A DNA stretch of 64,000 nt from Telluribacter sp. (GTDB taxonomy: Bacteria > Bacteroidota > Bacteroidia > Cytophagales > Spirosomataceae), in contig JBEBXQ010000007.1 of assembly GCA_040391535.1 (NCBI GenBank), forward strand, positions 816 through 64,815. The letters are read 5' to 3'. The stretch's first letter is position 1. The number at the start of each line of letters is the position of its first letter. Below, piece after piece: positions 59,244-64,000 of this stretch. Made by a program: the position numbers and the translations under genes. A model generated the notes under the pieces. The model was not told the origin of the DNA and searched no databases. It saw only the letters and a list, made by a program, of their open reading frames with translations.

Positions 59244-59313
59244 AGTCCGAAGGACTGACAGGATTATAGAAAAAGCAGAGATACCTGCACATTTAACCGC
59301 GAAGTGGTGACAG
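59244..59313. repeat. Two-hairpin intergenic repeat unit, copy 2
   Basis: AGTCC-GAA-GGACT, then GATTATAGAAAAA (59262-59274), then CCGC-GAA-GTGG TGACAG (59297-59313). The internal spacing (17 nt and 35 nt) is the same as in copy 1 at 3217-3286. Confidence 0.6.
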
Positions 59314-59513
59314 AACCCTAAACCCGACTAACGTTAAATACATTGCAAAAATAGGATATTGAACGAAGGTAGCACTTTATAATACCTCACTCAGGAAATA
59401 TGGTTTGCAAAATTTATCTGATAATCTGAAATCTGGTATGATAAGCATCGCTTTACAGCGAATAGCAGGAGTGATATGACAGTATGTAACAGTCTGAATG
59501 ATAGGATGTTTTT

Positions 59514-59559
59514 GTTAAAAAACAAAATAGCCAGTCAACAGAAGGCTGGCTGGCTATTT
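59514..59559 (-). terminator. Orphan intrinsic terminator with no upstream gene on its strand
   Basis: On the minus strand, AAATAGCCAG (59559-59550) pairs perfectly over 10 bp with CTGGCTATTT (59534-59525). It is followed by TGTTTTTTAA. Confidence 0.5.
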
Positions 59560-59679
59560 GAATTTACTCAACGTTATGAAAAACTTCTATCTTATGACGG
59601 ATAGCAGTACTTTAGGTCACATGTAAAAAATAATTTTTTTTCAAATTCAGATTTTTAATTACAATTAAAGGAATTTCAG

Positions 59680-59687
59680 TAACTTTG
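59680..59687 (+). promoter_or_regulatory. Candidate -7 box (TAACTTTG) for guaB
   Basis: Matches TAnnTTTG, 29 nt upstream of the guaB ATG at 59716. Confidence 0.35.
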
Positions 59688-59715
59688 TCCCGCAAATAAG
59701 AAATATTATTTGCAA

Positions 59716-61191
59716 ATGAGCACAGCATCAGCGAAAGTCCTATACGAGGCATTGACCTACGACGACGTCCTTCTTTTACCCGCATACTCCGAAGTGTTAC
59801 CGCGGGATACTTCCACCAAGACAAAGTTAACAAGAAATATCGAACTGAACATTCCGTTTATATCCGCAGCTATGGATACGGTTACGGAATTTGAGCTGGC
59901 TATTTCTATGGCTCAGGAAGGTGGAATTGGTATTATCCATAAAAACATGACCATTGAAGCGCAGGCTGAACAGGTTCGTAAAGTAAAACGATCGGAAAGC
60001 GGAATGATTCTGGATCCGATTACACTGAGCGAAAACGCGAAGCTGGGTGACGCTCATCAGATCATGAGAGAATACAAGATCGGTGGTATACCGGTTATTG
60101 ATGAGGAAGGCAGGCTTGTCGGCATCCTTACCAACCGTGATCTGCGTTTTCAGCGCGATCTGAATAAGCCTGTAGTGGAAATTATGACCCGGGAAAATCT
60201 GATTACCGCTGCTGAAGGTATTACACTGGAAGAAGCTGAAAGTATTCTGCAGGAATATAAAATCGAAAAGCTTCCTATCGTTGATGCCACCAATAAGCTG
60301 ATCGGACTGATCACCTATAAGGACATCATGAAACGGAAATCACATCCCAATTCATGTAAGGATTCTTACGGTCGTCTTCGTGTCGGAGCGGCTGTAGGTG
60401 TTACTCCTGATATTCTGCAACGCGTTGAGATGCTTCAGAAAGCAGGTGTCGATGTTGTCAGTATTGATACCGCGCACGGGCACTCCAAAGGCGTGCTGGA
60501 TGCGGTGCGTCTGGTAAAAGACACTTTCCCTAATCTTGACGTAATAGCAGGAAATGTGGCCACAGGAGCGGCTGCGAAAGCTTTGGCTGATGCCGGAGCG
60601 GATGCCGTAAAGGTAGGCGTAGGGCCGGGAAGTATCTGTACAACACGGATTATTGCCGGTATCGGTGTACCGCAGCTGACAGCCGTTATGGAAGCTGCTG
60701 AAGCCTTAAAAGGTACCGGTGTACCTGTTGTGGCTGATGGCGGTATCCGTTTTTCAGGCGATGTGGTGAAAGCACTTGCCGGTGGGGCCAGTACGGTAAT
60801 GATCGGCTCTATGCTGGCAGGTACTGACGAAGCTCCGGGTGAAATCGTGATTTACGAAGGGCGGAAATTCAAAACCTACCGTGGTATGGGTTCGCTGGAA
60901 GCAATGGAAGACGGATCAAAAGACCGTTATTTCCAGGATGCGGAAGACGACGTTAAAAAACTCGTTCCGGAGGGTATTGTAGGTCGTGTCCCTTTCAAAG
61001 GCCATGTATCTGAAATTATATACCAGATGAACGGAGGTTTGAAAGCGGGTATGGGGTATTGCGGAACCGCTGATATCGAAAGCCTGAAAGAAGATGCCAG
61101 ATTTGTAAAAATCACATCGGCAGGGGTGAAAGAAAGCCACCCGCACGACGTAATTATTCAAAGAGAAGCACCTAATTATTCCTCCAGATAA
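59716..61191 (+). CDS. guaB: IMP dehydrogenase
   Basis: About 491 aa from the ATG at 59716. Motif [19 protein letters not shown], a CBS pair and the catalytic loop [21 protein letters not shown]. Confidence 0.95.
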   Translation: MSTASAKVLYEALTYDDVLLLPAYSEVLPRDTSTKTKLTRNIELNIPFISAAMDTVTEFELAISMAQEGGIGIIHKNMTIEAQAEQVRKVKRSESGMILDPITLSENAKLGDAHQIMREYKIGGIPVIDEEGRLVGILTNRDLRFQRDLNKPVVEIMTRENLITAAEGITLEEAESILQEYKIEKLPIVDATNKLIGLITYKDIMKRKSHPNSCKDSYGRLRVGAAVGVTPDILQRVEMLQKAGVDVVSIDTAHGHSKGVLDAVRLVKDTFPNLDVIAGNVATGAAAKALADAGADAVKVGVGPGSICTTRIIAGIGVPQLTAVMEAAEALKGTGVPVVADGGIRFSGDVVKALAGGASTVMIGSMLAGTDEAPGEIVIYEGRKFKTYRGMGSLEAMEDGSKDRYFQDAEDDVKKLVPEGIVGRVPFKGHVSEIIYQMNGGLKAGMGYCGTADIESLKEDARFVKITSAGVKESHPHDVIIQREAPNYSSR

Positions 61192-61216
61192 TTCAGCGAC
61201 GCCGGATCAGTATAAT

Positions 61217-61260
61217 ACAGGCGGAACCAAACCGGAAATATCCGGCTTAGTTCCGCCTGT
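61217..61260. terminator. Shared hairpin between convergent guaB and the DUF5103-like gene
   Basis: ACAGGCGGAAC (61217-61227) pairs perfectly over 11 bp with GTTCCGCCTGT (61250-61260), with an inner CCGG-AAATAT-CCGG. The 3' arm overlaps the last codons and stop of the minus-strand gene. There is no clear U-run. Confidence 0.45.
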
Positions 61261-62539
61261 TCCATTCCAGTTGAGTATAGCCGATCAGCTGATCATATCT
61301 GCCGGCCGGAGCGCGGTAGTATACCAGTATATCATAATCATTCTCCGTCGAGGAAAAACTGCCCTCCAGTGCTACTTCATTGCCGGTTTCCTGCTGATTA
61401 CCTACCAGCGTGTAGTTATAGTTGACCAATCCCTGTTTGAGCAAAATTACTGCCTGATAGGCGCGTGTTGCATCATGGTACTCCATTCTGTTCAGATCAT
61501 TCAGATGCCACAAGTTAAAACCACCGTTAACATAGATTTCACCTTCGGATAATTCAGGCATCTGAAGTGTAAAGACTACCGGTGTATAATCAGCTTCAAC
61601 GCTTCCGTTCCCTGATTCACGGTGGTCAATTGTGTAACGGCCGTTCAGATCATCTATTGAAAAATTAACCCTTTCATTGTTCCGCGGTTTATCCGGAGTA
61701 AGGATAAGCCGTGTAAATTCATCCAGGCGCTCAATTTCATAAATACCGAATCCGCGCGCAGCGATAGTACGGCTGTCAAAATACCTGAATTCGTTTCCGC
61801 CGTGGAAGGCATTTTCCAGATTGAAGAACTGATATTTTACGGATTGATCAAAAGAATTAACATAAGACGGCTTAAAGCCGCTTTTAGCGTTATCCCACCG
61901 GAAGTTCTGGCGGATTACTACCTTCAGATCGTTTTGAGGTGCCGGAACCTGTAATCCTTTATGATCAATGGTAAAATCAATTTGCTGGTGGGTGTTCCGT
62001 TCAACGGTTCCATTTGCAAAATTAACTGCAGCTTCAATTCTGACCTGCGATTCATATACCATGAATTTCCGGGAAAGCACAGGTTTTCTTTTGTCTTCAG
62101 AAAATACGATCAGCAGATAATTGCCTGAAACTTTGACGGCCGGTACTTCCAGCTGATAATGATAATAGGGGACTTTAGTACTAAAAGAAGGAGAATAGGA
62201 CGTTACCGGATAGTCATTATAGGAAGTGGTATATTCGATTTCACTGAGCGGTGACTGTTGCCAGGCAGCATCACAATGAATGATTTTGGCACGGAACCCT
62301 CTGAAATCAGCAGTGAGGTCATCAAACTCCAGCACAAGAGGTGTCTGGCTGTTAAGCGGTATAACGGGCTGCACAATCAATCGGGCCGGATTTTCATTCG
62401 CCTGGCTTTGGGGGTATAAAAAAACAGACTTTATATTTTCTTCATATATATAGTCATCGATTACAACCTCCCGGTCTATCGTTTGTGCACAGGGTTTGAA
62501 GCAATGCAATACCAGTAATAAAAAAACAAACTTTGCCAT
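61247..62539 (-). CDS. DUF5103-like protein (type IX secretion plug-like family), signal peptide
   Basis: 430 aa with signal MAKFVFLLLVLHCFKPCAQ. The segment IKSVFLYPQ..PLVLEFDDLTADFRGFRAKIIHCDAAW matches my recollection of the DUF5103 N-terminal domain. Not verified by a search. Confidence 0.5.
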   Translation of the reverse strand: MAKFVFLLLVLHCFKPCAQTIDREVVIDDYIYEENIKSVFLYPQSQANENPARLIVQPVIPLNSQTPLVLEFDDLTADFRGFRAKIIHCDAAWQQSPLSEIEYTTSYNDYPVTSYSPSFSTKVPYYHYQLEVPAVKVSGNYLLIVFSEDKRKPVLSRKFMVYESQVRIEAAVNFANGTVERNTHQQIDFTIDHKGLQVPAPQNDLKVVIRQNFRWDNAKSGFKPSYVNSFDQSVKYQFFNLENAFHGGNEFRYFDSRTIAARGFGIYEIERLDEFTRLILTPDKPRNNERVNFSIDDLNGRYTIDHRESGNGSVEADYTPVVFTLQMPELSEGEIYVNGGFNLWHLNDLNRMEYHDATRAYQAVILLKQGLVNYNYTLVGNQQETGNEVALEGSFSSTENDYDILVYYRAPAGRYDQLIGYTQLEWNRRN

Positions 62540-62847
62540 GTGAGAAAGATCAGAAAAAATAACCGTTTAATAAACAAATGTAACCTATTGGCAGTTATTT
62601 CAAAATGCAGATAATAACAATCATTAATTTGCAGTTAATACCTAAGTACTATTGCTGGAAAGTGTTTGTATGGTTTTCAGGGATGATGGGTAAAGTTTGG
62701 TTGCAAAGAATTGCCGCGAAATATTATTCCGGATATCCTGCATTGTTGAGTTCTTTGCATTGGATTTGATTAATACTATCTAGTTTTTTGTTAATTGCTG
62801 ATAATCAGATAGTTGATAAAAAAGGTATTTATTTAATTCAATTGTGT

Positions 62848-62855
62848 TATCTTTG
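62848..62855 (+). promoter_or_regulatory. Candidate -7 box (TATCTTTG)
   Basis: Matches TAnnTTTG, 38 nt upstream of the 62893 ATG. Confidence 0.3.
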
Positions 62856-62892
62856 CATCTCGATAAATTATGTTGAACGAACCAAAAAATGA

Positions 62893-63687
62893 ATGGTAAG
62901 ACTTATTTTATTGATTGTTTCGGTGTCTTCATTTGCTGTTTTTACATTACAATCCAATACAGAAACAGCAGTACAGGAGCCGGCCAGTATAAGTGAAAAT
63001 CAATCGTTCTTTGAAATTTCTGAAGAAGATCAGTTTTTACTGAATGTGCGTTTTTGTGAGGATACATTGCCTCTTTTAAAACCGCATGTGGCCAGACGCT
63101 ACCACAATGAAGTCCGGAATTACAATCATCCTTCATTCTGGAAACAAAAATCCAGAGTGGAAAAAAACCTCAAGGTCATTGCACCTATTTTACAGCAGTA
63201 CGGTATACCGTCGGATTTGAAATATATTCCTATTGTAGAAAGTGGTCTTGACGCGGAGGCAATTTCACCAAGAGGTGCAGGAGGGTACTGGCAATTGATG
63301 CCGGAGACGGCAAGAAGCCTTGGCCTGACTGTAAGTGACTCGTTGGATGAAAGAAAAAACCTGGTGAAGTCAACTCATGCAGCAGCACGTTACCTGAAAG
63401 GACTGCATGGTCAGCTGGGAGACTGGACGCTCGTTGCGGCCGCCTACAATGCAGGTCCTAACCGATTGGCATCGCGGATTAATCAGCAGACAAACACTGA
63501 TTATTTCGACCTGAAGCTTAATGCTGAAACTGCTAAATATGTTTATAAACTGGTAGCAGTGAAAGAATGGCTTAACGAACCCAAACGCAGTCGGTTATGG
63601 GTAAATTCAGAAATTTTTGCACGTTGTGAAAAAATTAATCAATACATACAACAGGAAATTCCTCCGTTACTGGGGAAAAAATCCTGA
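62893..63687 (+). CDS. Lytic transglycosylase (SLT domain) protein with signal peptide
   Basis: 264 aa. Motifs IPIVESGLDAEAISPRGAGGYWQLMPETA and AAYNAGPNRL. Confidence 0.8.
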   Translation: MVRLILLIVSVSSFAVFTLQSNTETAVQEPASISENQSFFEISEEDQFLLNVRFCEDTLPLLKPHVARRYHNEVRNYNHPSFWKQKSRVEKNLKVIAPILQQYGIPSDLKYIPIVESGLDAEAISPRGAGGYWQLMPETARSLGLTVSDSLDERKNLVKSTHAAARYLKGLHGQLGDWTLVAAAYNAGPNRLASRINQQTNTDYFDLKLNAETAKYVYKLVAVKEWLNEPKRSRLWVNSEIFARCEKINQYIQQEIPPLLGKKS

Positions 63688-63712
63688 CGTACATTTTGGT
63701 TTATTATCTTTT

Positions 63713-63744
63713 AAGGCGGTTCTCCGGAGCCGCCTTTTGTTTTT
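63713..63744 (+). terminator. Intrinsic terminator for the lytic transglycosylase gene
   Basis: AAGGCGG (63713-63719) pairs with CCGCCTT (63730-63736), followed by TTGTTTTT. Confidence 0.65.
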
Positions 63745-64000
63745 ACTGGCTGGCTGTGAGACCGGTGATGATTTCGTGGTAAGCAGGGAAGGTTTGTAAT
63801 AATTGATTTCTCTGCCCCATTTCAAAATCATTAAAATCAAAACCGGGAGCTACCGTACATCCGGCTAAAGTATACCTACTTCCACTCGCGGGCCTGGCTC
63901 CAAACCAGAAGCCGGCGGGTACTACCGCCTGAAATACCTCTCCATTTTCAGGATGATTGCCTAGCCGGATAACATCCAGGGTTTTGTTTTCTTCATTCAG
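63743..64000 (-). CDS. Cupin-fold protein (DUF985-like). The N-terminus lies beyond the window edge.
   Basis: From my own translation of the minus strand: ...VVPAGFWFGARPASGSRYTLAGCTVAPGFDFNDFEMGQRNQLLQTFPAYHEIITGLTASQ*. The stop is at 63745-63743. It is not in the ORF track because the ORF is truncated. Confidence 0.6.
   Translation of the reverse strand: MNEENKTLDVIRLGNHPENGEVFQAVVPAGFWFGARPASGSRYTLAGCTVAPGFDFNDFEMGQRNQLLQTFPAYHEIITGLTASQ

Noticed and set aside
59221-59311. Interpreting the 91-nt clamped hairpin as SRP RNA, RNase P RNA, 6S RNA or tmRNA
   Set aside because: I could not find the conserved SRP domain-IV sequence (GGAA tetraloop with flanking AGCA-type loops), the RNase P GAGGAAAGTCC box or a tRNA-like end. 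The length is also wrong for 6S and tmRNA. It is kept only as an unclassified structured element.
59577-59627. 16-codon ORF (MKNFYLMTDSSTLGHM) upstream of guaB as a possible leader peptide
   Set aside because: It has no run of regulatory codons and no adjacent alternative-hairpin architecture. It lies upstream of the candidate guaB promoter box rather than in the leader.
59612-59833. 73-aa minus-strand ORF overlapping the guaB start
   Set aside because: It overlaps the highly conserved guaB N-terminus in antisense and has no features of a real protein.

Overview
The window looks like an ordinary chromosomal segment of a Bacteroidota genome, probably Cytophagia/Sphingobacteriia-like. That placement is an inference from SusC/SusD pairs, TAnnTTTG-type promoter boxes and protein N-termini. 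I call 44 protein-coding genes and one tRNA-Leu(UAG). I saw no rRNA, CRISPR array, transposase, integrase, phage gene or recognisable defence genes.

Housekeeping genes: mutS, a RidA-family gene, tig, a RelA/SpoT homologue, fur, purA, fadD-like, an aminotransferase, a TrmH-family methyltransferase, a BamA/TamA-like outer-membrane protein, miaB, a sigma-54 activator, lptE, secG, groES/groEL, ynfA and guaB.

The accessory-looking part is two paralogous, co-directional minus-strand modules: ECF sigma, FecR anti-sigma, SusC with an STN domain, and SusD.
- Neither module contains a glycoside hydrolase or lyase ORF that I can recognise.
- Module A (6132-17010) is headed by a PQQ-sugar-dehydrogenase/PKD/cytochrome-c/CBM fusion and a Tat-exported Gfo/Idh/MocA oxidoreductase. 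A PmoA-like/PVC-type dehydrogenase fusion (1-3018) lies nearby.
- Module B (20475-32296) is followed by a 4-TM/PSCyt/DUF1549/DUF1553 protein, a Tat-exported DUF1501 protein and a Tat-exported metallophosphoesterase. Two lactone-hydrolase-type genes lie divergently upstream of it.

Non-coding observations:
- a 70-nt two-hairpin repeat unit present twice, at about 3217 and about 59244;
- a 616-bp gene-free region upstream of guaB, with a long-range helix and an orphan terminator;
- palindromes upstream of both ECF sigma genes;
- a set of mutually exclusive helices downstream of secG.

All domain assignments come from reading motifs by eye. No searches were run.
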